Shown: one piece after another, positions 39,086 through 49,271 of the stretch
Layout of the letters: each line of letters starts with the position of its first letter
Position numbering within the stretch: position 1 is the first letter of the stretch
Assembly (NCBI GenBank): GCA_021781965.1
Contig: JAJXVU010000001.1
Coordinates: 15,000-78,999 of the forward strand
Direction of reading: 5' to 3'
Source: Pseudomonadota bacterium
GTDB taxonomy: Bacteria > Pseudomonadota > Gammaproteobacteria > UBA1113
Length of the DNA: 64,000 nucleotides
Translations under genes and position numbers: made by a program
Notes under the pieces: generated by a model
What the model saw: only the letters and a program-made list of their open reading frames with translations
What the model was told of the DNA's origin: nothing
Database searches by the model: none

Positions 39086-39106
39086 AGCACCTCTCAGCTG
39101 TAATTT

Positions 39107-39140
39107 TGTAATGGTACACCATTACAGGCGTGGGTGTCAA
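39107..39140 (-). promoter_or_regulatory. trpR operon promoter overlapped by a palindromic operator
   Basis: TGTAATGGT-AC-ACCATTACA (39107-39126) covers the -10 TACCAT; -35 TTGACA at 39135-39140. Confidence 0.8.
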
Positions 39141-39145
39141 GCGTT

Positions 39146-39330
39146 TTATATCGAGTGTGGATGCTATTCCGAGCCGCGCGCGTAAGCAAGCGGAAAATAT
39201 TCAGGGAGCGATTTTTTTGAGGTATCGCGGGCTGTGAAATACGCTGATAATTGCGGGTCTGGGTTACTCTTGTTATTCATTCATTTTCCGCTCCCTGACG
39301 GTCGCGGCTCGGTTCATCCGTTTGTAACCG
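39146..39330. repeat. Composite REP-like (BIME-like) region
   Basis: Units at 39169-39193 (+) and 39288-39312 (-), plus the spacer seen at 9226-9240. Confidence 0.8.
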
Positions 39331-40474
39331 GCGCTGTTCTCTTTATGATATGGTCCATCAACACCAACACAAAACACGCTATACCTACATAAGCGCAACT
39401 TTGCCATAAAGCATTGGCACCAAAGAATTGATACAGATAAGAGCCTAGGCTCGTACCTATAATTAAACTCACAGCCAATGTGCCTTGAAAAAATCGTCTA
39501 CACAAATGGTGTAGATTGCTGATGAAGAATAGCTCGCCTAAGCTTACAATCATGGCGCTTAAAACAACGAGCGAAAATACATGTGCCAGACTAATGATAT
39601 AACATCCTAAACCTATTAATAATGCCCCACAGCCCGCCTGCAATACTTTGCTGCCGCGATTAAAAACAGACAGCATGGGTTTTTGCAACCAGCTGACTAT
39701 AAACACATTTACGCCCATAAAAATTGCCATGGCTGTTAAACCGACCTGGGGGTATTGTAAGCATAAGTAAATACTATAGGTGGCGGTGAGTTGGCTTAAC
39801 AGTAGGCCGCCTAAAAATAATAGTAGCAATGAAAAAAGTGTAGGAGCGGGATGGACACTAAAACTAATAGGCCTAGGCTTATTGACGTCTCTAGGCAGAA
39901 AAAACAAAGGCAATGCATTCAAAACGATGGCAGTAATAAACAAGGCCGTAAAATTGTTGATGGCAAAAATCGCGATAATCAACATAGCCAAACCTAAACC
40001 TATATTGGATGCTATATAAGATTGTTGCAAGATTTTTGTCTGTGTATTCGAGCCTTCTTCAGATTGTTGTAACAGCAAATGGGGGTGATTGTTTTTAAAG
40101 AGATAACCCGCAAAACCTAACAAGGCTAAGCTAAAGCTTAAAAGCAGAGGCGTTGTTGCATACAACAAAGGACTGAGGGCAATGCAGTTTGTGAGTAGCG
40201 CAAATAAAACAATTTTTCTAGGGGCATACTGTAGGCTTAAATAAGGCGTTAAGAGTATGGCCATGAAAATACCGATGCCATAACAGGACATCAGTAAACC
40301 CGTTTGCAATAGGCTAAATTGTAATGCGCTGATAAAATAATAGGGTAAAAAGAAGATAAGGGCCGTTGCCGCTACGGGGAGTAGATTGCTGAATAAATAT
40401 AAATACCGGCTATGGCCTAGTTCGAGGTAGTGTAAACGATGGCGTTTTAGCGGGGTGGTAACACTATTATCCAT
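39314..40474 (-). CDS. MFS transporter
   Basis: About 12 hydrophobic segments; AGGAGG SD before ATG 40474. Confidence 0.75.
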   Translation of the reverse strand: MDNSVTTPLKRHRLHYLELGHSRYLYLFSNLLPVAATALIFFLPYYFISALQFSLLQTGLLMSCYGIGIFMAILLTPYLSLQYAPRKIVLFALLTNCIALSPLLYATTPLLLSFSLALLGFAGYLFKNNHPHLLLQQSEEGSNTQTKILQQSYIASNIGLGLAMLIIAIFAINNFTALFITAIVLNALPLFFLPRDVNKPRPISFSVHPAPTLFSLLLLFLGGLLLSQLTATYSIYLCLQYPQVGLTAMAIFMGVNVFIVSWLQKPMLSVFNRGSKVLQAGCGALLIGLGCYIISLAHVFSLVVLSAMIVSLGELFFISNLHHLCRRFFQGTLAVSLIIGTSLGSYLYQFFGANALWQSCAYVGIACFVLVLMDHIIKRTAPVTNG

Positions 40475-40579
40475 GTTAATAAAGCCTCCTTGGTTAGAGC
40501 CATTATAGCCGTATTGATCTCGCATCTACAACTGTAATCGGTATATACTCCCTTTCAAGTTCAATCCTAGGGTTACAAT

Positions 40580-41359
40580 ATGAGATGGAGTGACGATAAA
40601 CGTCAGTGGCGCCGCAGTAAGGCGGGTGCGGTTAAAAAAAGCTCAAAACAAACGAGGCCTATGCTAAAACGTGGTCTGAGCCTGGTTATACTCTCTGCCT
40701 GCATCTTGAGTGTGGCAGTTTATTTTTTTATGTTGCCAAAGTTTCCAGTTCGCCACGTGATCGTTCAACATGGCGATGTGGCTATAGACGAAGATGCTAT
40801 CCGCGCTGCTGTGTCGCCGCATTTGCGCCACGGATTTTTTCGTGCATATGTCAATGGCATTCAAGCAGATTTATTACAATTACCGTGGGTAAAAACGGCG
40901 GAGGTTGAAAAAACTTGGCCAGATAATCTACTGATTAAACTCAGTATGCATGATACGGTGGCTAGATGGAATAAAAATGCATATTTACTAGACAATGGCG
41001 TCGTATATCAACCGCACATTCCACTCACAGCAACACCTTTACCGGAATTAAGCAGCGCGCAAAATGATGCTCCAGCACTATTGGCGCTTTATTATGCGTT
41101 TAAAGCAGATTTAGCAACGGAAGCCCTGAGTATTCAATCCTTAACTGAAACCAGCGAACGAGAATATGTCGTGGTTTTAAGCAATGGTATTGATTTAAAT
41201 TTGGGCGATAAGGATCTGCAACAACGTGTGCATCGTTTCGTTAAAACCTATCCTCTTGAATTAGTAGACAAAGCAAATCGGATTGCCTATGTAGATTTGC
41301 GTTATGAGAATGGCATGGCGGTGGGTTGGCGTGATGCTGGTAAAGTGGGCGCAACCTAG
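40580..41359 (+). CDS. ftsQ: Cell division protein FtsQ
   Basis: TM segment plus POTRA domain (LPWVK..WPD), YVDLRYENGMAVGW. Confidence 0.92.
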   Translation: MRWSDDKRQWRRSKAGAVKKSSKQTRPMLKRGLSLVILSACILSVAVYFFMLPKFPVRHVIVQHGDVAIDEDAIRAAVSPHLRHGFFRAYVNGIQADLLQLPWVKTAEVEKTWPDNLLIKLSMHDTVARWNKNAYLLDNGVVYQPHIPLTATPLPELSSAQNDAPALLALYYAFKADLATEALSIQSLTETSEREYVVVLSNGIDLNLGDKDLQQRVHRFVKTYPLELVDKANRIAYVDLRYENGMAVGWRDAGKVGAT

Positions 41360-41457
41360 ATAAATAAAAATAACAAAACAAGCTAGTTTTTTGCCTAGAG
41401 TTTTGTTATTCTAATCTTCAATCAAGAGCGAGTCGCTTAAGACGGAGAATAATCGGA

Positions 41458-42690
41458 ATGCCCAAACCAAAAGAATCTAAATTGATCGTCGGTCTAGACA
41501 TAGGTACAACCAAAATTGTAGCTATAGTCGGTGAAGTCAACGCTGAAGGTGTGATCGAAGTGATCGGTTTTGGTACAGCACCCTCACGTGGTTTAAAGCG
41601 TGGCGTGGTGGTAAATATAGAAGCAACTGTACAATCTATACAAAGAGCGGTAGACGAAGCCGAGCTAATGGCCGGTTGCAAGGTCAACGCGGTATTTGTC
41701 GGTATTGCTGGTAGTCACATACGCGGCATGAATTCTCATGGCATAGTCGCTATACGCAGTCGCGAAGTAATGTCCTCCGATGTAGAGCGTGTCATCGATG
41801 CGGCCAAAGCGGTAGCCATTCCTGCTGATCAACAAATCATTCACGTATTGCCACAAGAATTTATCATCGACAACCAAGAAGGCATACGAGAACCTATAGG
41901 CATGTCTGGGGTGCGTTTAGAATCTAGAGTGCACATGGTCACAGGTTCGGTGTCGGCGGCGCAAAATATTGTGAAATGTGTACGCCGCTGCAATTTAGAA
42001 GTGGTCGATATTATTTTAGAACAATTGGCGTCTAGCGATGCAGTGCTCACGGAAGATGAAAGAGAATTGGGAGTTTGTTTGGTCGACATAGGCGGCGGTA
42101 CAACGGATATTGCTATCTTCAGCGATGGCGCTATACGGTACACAGCGGTGATTCCTATTGCCGGTGATCAAGTCACTAACGATATCGCGTTGGCCTTGCG
42201 TACGCCTACTAAGGCGGCTGAAGCTATTAAAATTAAATATGGCTGTGCTATGGCGAGTTTTGCCAATGCCAACGATCTCATCGAAGTGCCTACGGTGGGC
42301 GAGCGCGGTGGACGTCATTTATCGCGCCGTAGTTTAGCTGAAGTGATAGAGCCGCGTTATGACGAAATTTTTTCATTAATACAGGCCGAATTGCGACGCA
42401 GTGGTCTGGAGCATTTGCTGGCTGCAGGTATGGTGTTAACTGGCGGTGGTGCTAAAATTCAAGGCGCATTAGATTTAGCTGAATCGATCTTTCAGCTGCC
42501 GGTGCGTTTGGGACTGCCGCAAAATATCAGCGGTTTACCGGATGTGACGCATAATCCTATTTACGCTACCAGTGTAGGTTTATTGGTGCATGGTTACAGA
42601 CGACAATTGTCTGGGCAAGCCGGTACCATAGATTCTGCTAATGGCAATGTATGGTCGCGTATGCGTCAGTGGTTTCAAGGTAATTTATAA
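41458..42690 (+). CDS. ftsA: Cell division protein FtsA
   Basis: GLDIGTTK, DIGGGTTD, C-terminal amphipathic helix. Confidence 0.97.
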   Translation: MPKPKESKLIVGLDIGTTKIVAIVGEVNAEGVIEVIGFGTAPSRGLKRGVVVNIEATVQSIQRAVDEAELMAGCKVNAVFVGIAGSHIRGMNSHGIVAIRSREVMSSDVERVIDAAKAVAIPADQQIIHVLPQEFIIDNQEGIREPIGMSGVRLESRVHMVTGSVSAAQNIVKCVRRCNLEVVDIILEQLASSDAVLTEDERELGVCLVDIGGGTTDIAIFSDGAIRYTAVIPIAGDQVTNDIALALRTPTKAAEAIKIKYGCAMASFANANDLIEVPTVGERGGRHLSRRSLAEVIEPRYDEIFSLIQAELRRSGLEHLLAAGMVLTGGGAKIQGALDLAESIFQLPVRLGLPQNISGLPDVTHNPIYATSVGLLVHGYRRQLSGQAGTIDSANGNVWSRMRQWFQGNL

Positions 42691-42910
42691 ATATTGAAAA
42701 GTGATAACTACTTTCTCATCTATAAGTACCGCAAAGCACAGATTGGGATGCAGGTTGCCCGTAATTTAGAGTTGAAAAAGCGGAGTTTATATGGGCATAA
42801 ATGAGCATTTTTCAGCGAAAAATTACGGGCAAGATGCGCCCAATATGGGCTTTTGTCGAAAAAGGGATGAGTAGTTTGAAAAATGATGACTAACTATAGA
42901 GGAATAAAAT

Positions 42911-44173
42911 ATGTTTGCTACAGATAATAAAAGTGCACATGGAGCTGTAATACGCGTGATTGGCGTAGGCGGGGGTGGCGGTAATGCGGTGAAGTCTATG
43001 TTAGACAGCCATCTAGAAGGTGTGGAATTTGCTTGTGCTAATACCGATGCGCAAGCACTAATAGACTGCAGAACGCGCACCATACAATTGGGCGATCAAA
43101 TAACTAAAGGCTTAGGTGCAGGGGCTGACCCCGCTATAGGGCGACAAGCTGCTGAAGAAGACAGCGAACACATACGTGAATTTTTAGCCGATACCGATTT
43201 AGTATTTATTACGGCCGGTATGGGTGGTGGCACGGGTACGGGTGCGGCACCCGTTATTGCGCGTTTAGCAAAAGAAATGGGTATTTTAACTGTTGCTGTG
43301 GTGACCAGACCTTTCCTGTTTGAAGGCAAGCAGCGTGCGCAAATCGCCGAAGAAGGCATACAACAATTGTATCCTAATGTGGATTCTTTGATCATCATTC
43401 CTAATAATAAATTGCTGAGCGTTTTAGGCAAGAACATGACTTTGCTGAATGCTTTTAAAGCCGCTAACAACGTGTTATTTGGTGCGGTGCAAGGTATTTC
43501 TGAATTGATCACACGTCCTGGTTTAATCAACGTAGACTTTGCCGACGTGCGTACTGTTATGTCAGCCAATGGTATGGCGATGATGGGTACAGGCATAGGC
43601 ACTGGTGATAATCGTGCTAGACAAGCGGCAGAAGCGGCTATCTCCAGCCCCTTGTTGGAAGACGTACATTTACAAGGTGCCAAAGGCGTGTTGGTTAATA
43701 TCACCGCGGGCTTGGATATGTCGATTGGTGAATTCGAAGAAGTGGGTGAAGCGGTTAAAGACTTTACCTGTGAAAATGCAACTGTGGTTGTGGGTACCGT
43801 TATCGATCCAGAAATGAAAGATGAAATGCGTGTAACTTTAGTGGTTACCGGTTTAGGTGGTGGTCGTGACGAACGCGGCGTGGGTGGTGATGTGCGCGGC
43901 CATGCAGTACAAGGCAATAACACAGCAATGAATTATTATCAGCATCTGCGTAACGATGGTAGTGTTGATTATAACCGTTTAGATCGACCAGCCATATTGC
44001 GACAAAAAGCGGCGGCGTTTAACAACACCAATGCTGCTGCGAGTCCAATGCGTAAACCTGTAGCGAATGCTCCAGCCGCAGCACAACAGTTTGCAGCCGA
44101 AGCTAAACAACGCGATCCAGCCGATTATTTAGATATTCCTGCATTTCTACGTAAACCTGAAGAAGTTAACTAA
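42911..44173 (+). CDS. ftsZ: Cell division protein FtsZ
   Basis: GGGTGTG tubulin signature; LDIPAFLRK tail. Confidence 0.98.
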   Translation: MFATDNKSAHGAVIRVIGVGGGGGNAVKSMLDSHLEGVEFACANTDAQALIDCRTRTIQLGDQITKGLGAGADPAIGRQAAEEDSEHIREFLADTDLVFITAGMGGGTGTGAAPVIARLAKEMGILTVAVVTRPFLFEGKQRAQIAEEGIQQLYPNVDSLIIIPNNKLLSVLGKNMTLLNAFKAANNVLFGAVQGISELITRPGLINVDFADVRTVMSANGMAMMGTGIGTGDNRARQAAEAAISSPLLEDVHLQGAKGVLVNITAGLDMSIGEFEEVGEAVKDFTCENATVVVGTVIDPEMKDEMRVTLVVTGLGGGRDERGVGGDVRGHAVQGNNTAMNYYQHLRNDGSVDYNRLDRPAILRQKAAAFNNTNAAASPMRKPVANAPAAAQQFAAEAKQRDPADYLDIPAFLRKPEEVN

Positions 44174-44187
44174 ATTTAGAGTTAAGT

Positions 44188-44540
44188 GTAGGGGCGGCCT
44201 CGTGCCCGCCCCTATTCTGAGTCGCGACCGTTATTCCGAGCCGCGACCGTAAGGGAGCGGAAAGATATTCAGAGAGAGGATATTTCCGAGTAACGATTAT
44301 GTTTCGAGGCCATTATTTCCCGAACCGCGAGCGGAAAATAAACGAATACTCAAAATAACCCGGCTCCGCTTCCGAGCCGCGACCGTTAGGGAGCGGAAAG
44401 ATATTTAGAGAAAGGATATTTCTGAGTAACGATTATCTTTCAAGCGCCATTATTTTTCGAACCGCGAGCGGAAAATAAAAATATACGCTAATCTATCCAA
44501 ACGGTGTGAGTAATTATGATCTCTTAAACCGAATTCGCAT
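44188..44540. repeat. Repeat cluster: GTAG REP, tandem ~136-bp REP-containing duplication and a MITE TIR remnant
   Basis: GTAG REP 44188-44214; units at 44236 and 44372 with near-identical downstream sequence; TCTTAAACCGAATTCGCAT at 44522. Confidence 0.82.
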
Positions 44541-44607
44541 TGTGAAACTAATAGAAAATATGATAAAATTAAATTAATTATATTAATCAATGCTGGAAAA
44601 CATAAAT

Positions 44608-45561
44608 ATGATAAAGCAGAGAACATTAAAGCATATTATTCAAGCCACGGGTGTGGGTTTACACACGGGTAAGAAGATCTACTTAACGTTGCGACCTGCC
44701 CCTGTACACACCGGTATAGTCTTTATACGTACTGATCTAGATCCAGTGGTTATCTTTCCAGCAAAGGCTGAAACTGTGGGCGATACCATGCTGGCCACCA
44801 CTCTGGTGCAAGGCAAAGGGCGTATTTCTACGGTAGAACACCTCATGTCTGCTTTGGCCGGGCTGGGTATAGACAATGCCTATGTTGAAGTCACTGCACC
44901 TGAATTACCCATTATGGATGGCAGCGCTGCTCCTTTTGTTTTCCTCATTCAATCCGCGGGCATAGAGCTGCAAAATGCGGCTAAAAAGTTTATACGCATC
45001 AAGGAAAAAGTATTTATAGAAGAAGGGCAGAAGGGCCGCAAAGATTATAAATATGCCAGCTTAGAGCCTTTCGATGGTTTTAAGGTCGATTTTGAAATTG
45101 AATACAAACATCCTTTGTTTAAGCCTCAAGATCAGATCATCTCCATCGATTTTTCGCAAAACTCTTATAGCCGTGAAATCAGTCGTGCGCGTACTTATGG
45201 TTTTGTGTCCGATTATGAATATTTACGCTCTAAAAACCTAGCCTTAGGTGGCAGCTTAGAAAACGCCGTTGTAGTCGATGAATACCGCGTTTTAAATGAA
45301 GATGGTTTGCGTTATGGCGATGAATTTGTGCGTCATAAGGCTTTAGACGCGATTGGCGATTTATATTTATTGGGTGCTAATTTAATCGGTGCTTTTAGGG
45401 GCTTTAAATCGGGTCATGGCTTAAATAATCAATTGGTACGCAAATTGTTGCAACAAACTTCAGCCTGGGAATACGTCAGCTTTAACGATAGTCGTGCGGC
45501 GGTTGGTGTAGTCCCATCCAGCTGGATCGGCGACAGTGTTTTGGTGGCGGCAGATTCTTAA
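44608..45561 (+). CDS. lpxC: UDP-3-O-acyl-N-acetylglucosamine deacetylase
   Basis: [30 protein letters not shown]. Confidence 0.96.
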   Translation: MIKQRTLKHIIQATGVGLHTGKKIYLTLRPAPVHTGIVFIRTDLDPVVIFPAKAETVGDTMLATTLVQGKGRISTVEHLMSALAGLGIDNAYVEVTAPELPIMDGSAAPFVFLIQSAGIELQNAAKKFIRIKEKVFIEEGQKGRKDYKYASLEPFDGFKVDFEIEYKHPLFKPQDQIISIDFSQNSYSREISRARTYGFVSDYEYLRSKNLALGGSLENAVVVDEYRVLNEDGLRYGDEFVRHKALDAIGDLYLLGANLIGAFRGFKSGHGLNNQLVRKLLQQTSAWEYVSFNDSRAAVGVVPSSWIGDSVLVAADS

Positions 45562-45589
45562 GCGATTCCGCATCAACAAGTGTAACTAC

Positions 45590-45672
45590 CCGCTCCCTGA
45601 CGGTCGCGGCTCGGTTGCAAACGGACGAACCGAGCTGCGACCGTTTACCGAGCCGCGACCGTTAGGGAGCGG
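45590..45672. repeat. REP-like inverted doublet with an extra partial unit
   Basis: 45590-45614 (-), 45630-45645 partial, 45648-45672 (+). Confidence 0.85.
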
Positions 45673-45847
45673 AAAAATGAAATATACTCCAATTTATCCA
45701 ATATAATAGATCAAAAATCATGCTCCTTGTCAAGATGAATCCCGCATTTTTTTATTTAATTCCTAAAGTTACTGCGGAATGAAGGATAAATATCAAAGGG
45801 ATATGAAAAGTGTCACTTGAAAAATAACCAATCATTTATTAAAAATC

Positions 45848-45880
45848 CTTCATATTTCCTTAAGGTTTTGAGTGTATACT
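45848..45880 (+). promoter_or_regulatory. PmrA-like box plus -10 element
   Basis: cTTcAtaTTtccTTAAggTT followed by TATACT. Confidence 0.65.
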
Positions 45881-45924
45881 AAGTAAAAATGATTGATTAC
45901 ATTTAGTAGAAACGGGGGTCGAAA

Positions 45925-48900
45925 ATGGCAGCTAATACCGATATAACAAAACAAGAAGTCCAATACCGCTATAATAAGGAATACACTTTTTCTACCCAGG
46001 TTTATCCTAGAGGGGATGTTCCATTATATGCAACAGAAAGAAAAAAAGAACATTACACGCATATGCCTGATTTTGTGGGAAAAGATAGCCTTGCTGGTTT
46101 ACGCATGACGGCTAAGGATCTTGCGCGTACTGATATTTATGTGGTTAAAGAGGATGATTTTTGCTCGATAGCAGATTTAGATGGCAATAAAGAGAATGCT
46201 GAATTAGGCAAAATCTATATATTAGGTAATTGCTATTTGCTTCGCCAGGCAGATGGAACTTTGTGTGAAGGTATCTTTCCACCGAATGTTGACGTTAAGA
46301 ATTTGCCAGATGTGCTATCTTACTTGCGCCCTAAATTAATAAGTTTAAAAGCCAAGATGTCGCCTGATTTTTTAAATCGTATAAAAAATGACATCGAGCA
46401 TGTTGGCGTAAAGGAAGATGAGTCGGCATTGAGAGCACTTTTCCCCCTAATGCATGAGAGGCTTTTGACTTTTTTGATATGCGATTTACACCAAAATGGC
46501 TTAATAAAACAGCCTATTCTACAATTTATAAAAGTGCAAATACTGCAATCCGAGCTGGGATTGTCTGTAGCTCTGTCGGATAATAGCGATGCAGATTCAG
46601 GGCAGATAAACCCTTGGCACGTTGAAATTTTAATATCAAAGGACGGAAAGTCTTTCTCTATGAATATATGCGCCAGCATAGATTCTTTTCAAGATATGCT
46701 TGACCCGAAAAAGATTATTAGAAATGATATACTAACTGTCTATGCCAAAATGAGTTTCAGCGTAGATGATTCTGAGGAAATAGCAGCTGGCGATCTAAAG
46801 GTTTCTTTAAAAACAAATGATCTCCGTGTTAGTCAGAGCTTAGATGCCAAAAAGGCACTTATCAATGGATCTGGTAAAATTAGCTATGTTCCTAAGGGGA
46901 AAGAAGAGGCCGATCCTATTGAGGAAGAACAAAAAGGACATACAAAAGCTTATGAGCGTTACCTTCGCTTCATGCGTGGATATACCAACCAGATCCCAGG
47001 ATCTACAATCTTTGCCAACCGAAACGGAATAGGAAATAAATCGGTTGCTCTTGAAGCAGAATTTAGAGAACGCCGGTTCCTCTTGGATTATGAGAGGTAT
47101 ACAGGTCCGAAGAGCGACTTTAGAATCATAGAAGATTATGAGGCTAAAAAGTTAGGAGAACAGTTGCGCGATATCATATCCCCTGACCAGTGGTCTGCTT
47201 CGGAATCTAGTTCTCCAAGCCTATCTGACGTCTATAACGAGATACCTCATGTCGATGAGCAAGAATATAAAGAGGCTGTGCAGAGATTTAACATTGAAAT
47301 AGCACTTCCAGAACAGATTGCACAGCAGAATAGATGTTTAGAAAATGTCAATAAGAAAATTTCACAATTGGAAGGTATAGAAAAAGATATAGACAACTTG
47401 GCTGAGATATCCCTAGACAAATCTTCACAGAAACCAAGTCTATTTTCCACCCTTCCGCTTCCTTTTTCAAAATCAAAAGCAGCTAAAGCACTTACGGCTG
47501 AGGCCACAGCTAAAACTAGAAAATTAAAGAGTATAAATGATGCCATTTGCAAAAATAACAAAGAATATGAGGCTCTAAAAACGAAAGCAACTGAGTTCTG
47601 GCAAGATATGGAAACGTTAAGGAATGAGCCTGAAAAAAAAGAAGAATTTAATGCTAAAGAGAATGAATATAAGGAAATTGTGCAGAAACGAGACGCGCTT
47701 AAAAGCAAAATATGTTCAACAGAGGGTAGGAGGCTGGAAGTTGCCAGACAACTTGAAGAGAATAAAGCTGAGCGCGAGAGGATATTAGCTGAAATAAGAG
47801 AATTTGAGAGAGACTTAGAACTCGCTAAGAAAGGACCTAATCATCCTGATAATGCTAAAGAAAAAGAGAAAGAGGAATATGCCATCGTTGATATCAAGGA
47901 TACAAATGGACCGCAGCCTTCTGTTCCGGCAAGTTCTAATGGTCCAACACACGAGGTAAAACTCGCTGGATATGACGAAGACCTCATACAAAAACTGGTT
48001 AATGAAATAGCCGATTTTGCTCAAGATTATCCAGTAGCTAGTAAGCACTTTAGAGAAAATCTCCTCAGACAGGAAAGGGATAAAACGATTAAGAATCTTG
48101 AAGCGGAAATGGAAGAAGAGATAGAGCAAAAAAGATCAGTAATGCCTGTAGAAGATGTAGAAGAGATAGAGGAATGCGTAGGCTCTATTGCAGAAATCTA
48201 TCATCGCAATATCCGGGAGCAAATAAAGAGAAATCTTAAAGATGAAGCTGTTTCTAAAACCTCTAAAGAAGTATGTCTATCGTGGCTTGCAGCTGAAGAA
48301 GAATGTATTGAAAGAAATATAACCGCTAATATTGATGCTATTACAGAAACAGCTGAACAAAACGCTCAGCAAGCAGCAAAAAACTTTTGGGATAAGCAGA
48401 CTATTCTTCACCAGGCTTTAGTTGATATCACGAATCAAGAATCCAGAAAGCCTAAGAAGGAAGCTCTTTCTCACCTCCAGCAAGAAGTTTCAAGATTGTC
48501 TGAAGAGAAACCCAAAGAATTATTAGATGCTCAAATAGCTATTTTACATAATTCACTTCATAATTTTTCTAATCAGAAAGAAATGTGGGAAGTGAAAAGA
48601 AAACCTGCAATATTCGGCGTTACCGATAATATTGGTGTGGGAATTTTCCTTGGAGTACTTACCGTGGCGACGGGAGGCATAGTGGGCATAGGGTTACTTG
48701 TGGCAAATGCTGTCATGAATGATCGTAGAGAAAGAGAACTTCAGATCAAAAATGAGGCTAAGCAGGCCTTTATGAACGAAGAACTAAAGAAAATGAAAGG
48801 AGCTGGTATAAAGCTCCCTGAAGGGATCAATTTTAATAACTTTGAGCAAACACTAATAGAAAAAATAGAAAGTAATAGCTCTTCTATTGAGAGGATGAAT

Positions 48901-49143
48901 CAGTCACGCGATCAGGTTGTCACTATGGATAAGAAGCACGAGAATGATCCATCATTAGCCCTATCCCCGCAGAGACACCCAGGTAGTGAAACACAGCCGG
49001 TGCCAGATCATTTTGGCGATAATCCAGTTGCCTTTTTCGCTCATCCTAGTGGCTCTGTTGTAGGACAGAGGTCTCTGGTAAACGGTAAATCTATAAAGGC
49101 AGATTTCCGTAGAGTGACACCAGTGGGTTTATCCAAAGATTGA
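45925..49143 (+). CDS. Large coiled-coil protein with C-terminal hydrophobic segment; candidate Dot/Icm effector
   Basis: 1072 aa, E/K-rich heptad regions, IGVGIFLGVLTVATGGIVGIGLLVA segment, PmrA-like box upstream. Confidence 0.7.
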   Translation: MAANTDITKQEVQYRYNKEYTFSTQVYPRGDVPLYATERKKEHYTHMPDFVGKDSLAGLRMTAKDLARTDIYVVKEDDFCSIADLDGNKENAELGKIYILGNCYLLRQADGTLCEGIFPPNVDVKNLPDVLSYLRPKLISLKAKMSPDFLNRIKNDIEHVGVKEDESALRALFPLMHERLLTFLICDLHQNGLIKQPILQFIKVQILQSELGLSVALSDNSDADSGQINPWHVEILISKDGKSFSMNICASIDSFQDMLDPKKIIRNDILTVYAKMSFSVDDSEEIAAGDLKVSLKTNDLRVSQSLDAKKALINGSGKISYVPKGKEEADPIEEEQKGHTKAYERYLRFMRGYTNQIPGSTIFANRNGIGNKSVALEAEFRERRFLLDYERYTGPKSDFRIIEDYEAKKLGEQLRDIISPDQWSASESSSPSLSDVYNEIPHVDEQEYKEAVQRFNIEIALPEQIAQQNRCLENVNKKISQLEGIEKDIDNLAEISLDKSSQKPSLFSTLPLPFSKSKAAKALTAEATAKTRKLKSINDAICKNNKEYEALKTKATEFWQDMETLRNEPEKKEEFNAKENEYKEIVQKRDALKSKICSTEGRRLEVARQLEENKAERERILAEIREFERDLELAKKGPNHPDNAKEKEKEEYAIVDIKDTNGPQPSVPASSNGPTHEVKLAGYDEDLIQKLVNEIADFAQDYPVASKHFRENLLRQERDKTIKNLEAEMEEEIEQKRSVMPVEDVEEIEECVGSIAEIYHRNIREQIKRNLKDEAVSKTSKEVCLSWLAAEEECIERNITANIDAITETAEQNAQQAAKNFWDKQTILHQALVDITNQESRKPKKEALSHLQQEVSRLSEEKPKELLDAQIAILHNSLHNFSNQKEMWEVKRKPAIFGVTDNIGVGIFLGVLTVATGGIVGIGLLVANAVMNDRRERELQIKNEAKQAFMNEELKKMKGAGIKLPEGINFNNFEQTLIEKIESNSSSIERMNQSRDQVVTMDKKHENDPSLALSPQRHPGSETQPVPDHFGDNPVAFFAHPSGSVVGQRSLVNGKSIKADFRRVTPVGLSKD

Positions 49144-49152
49144 TTATTTCCA

Positions 49153-49192
49153 ATAAAAGAGCTAACATGAATTCTGGTGTTGGCTCTTTTTT
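49153..49192 (+). terminator. Rho-independent terminator
   Basis: AAAAGAGCTAACA...TGTTGGCTCTTTTTT. Confidence 0.7.
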
Positions 49193-49271
49193 ATGTGTAT
49201 AATAGCCAATAATCAGCGGTTTTTAAGCGTTATACAATCGTTTGGAGGCACCTTATCGGGTGAGATGAAAA

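Noticed and set aside
43096-43923. 275-aa antisense ORF and other shadow ORFs inside ftsA, rpsA, dotA, dacA and prfC
   Set aside because: Antisense or off-frame shadows of conserved genes, with no motifs or SD
44234-44480. CRISPR-like repeat-spacer appearance
   Set aside because: Only two units with near-identical intervening sequence, the repeat is dispersed across the window, and no cas genes are present; it is a tandem REP duplication
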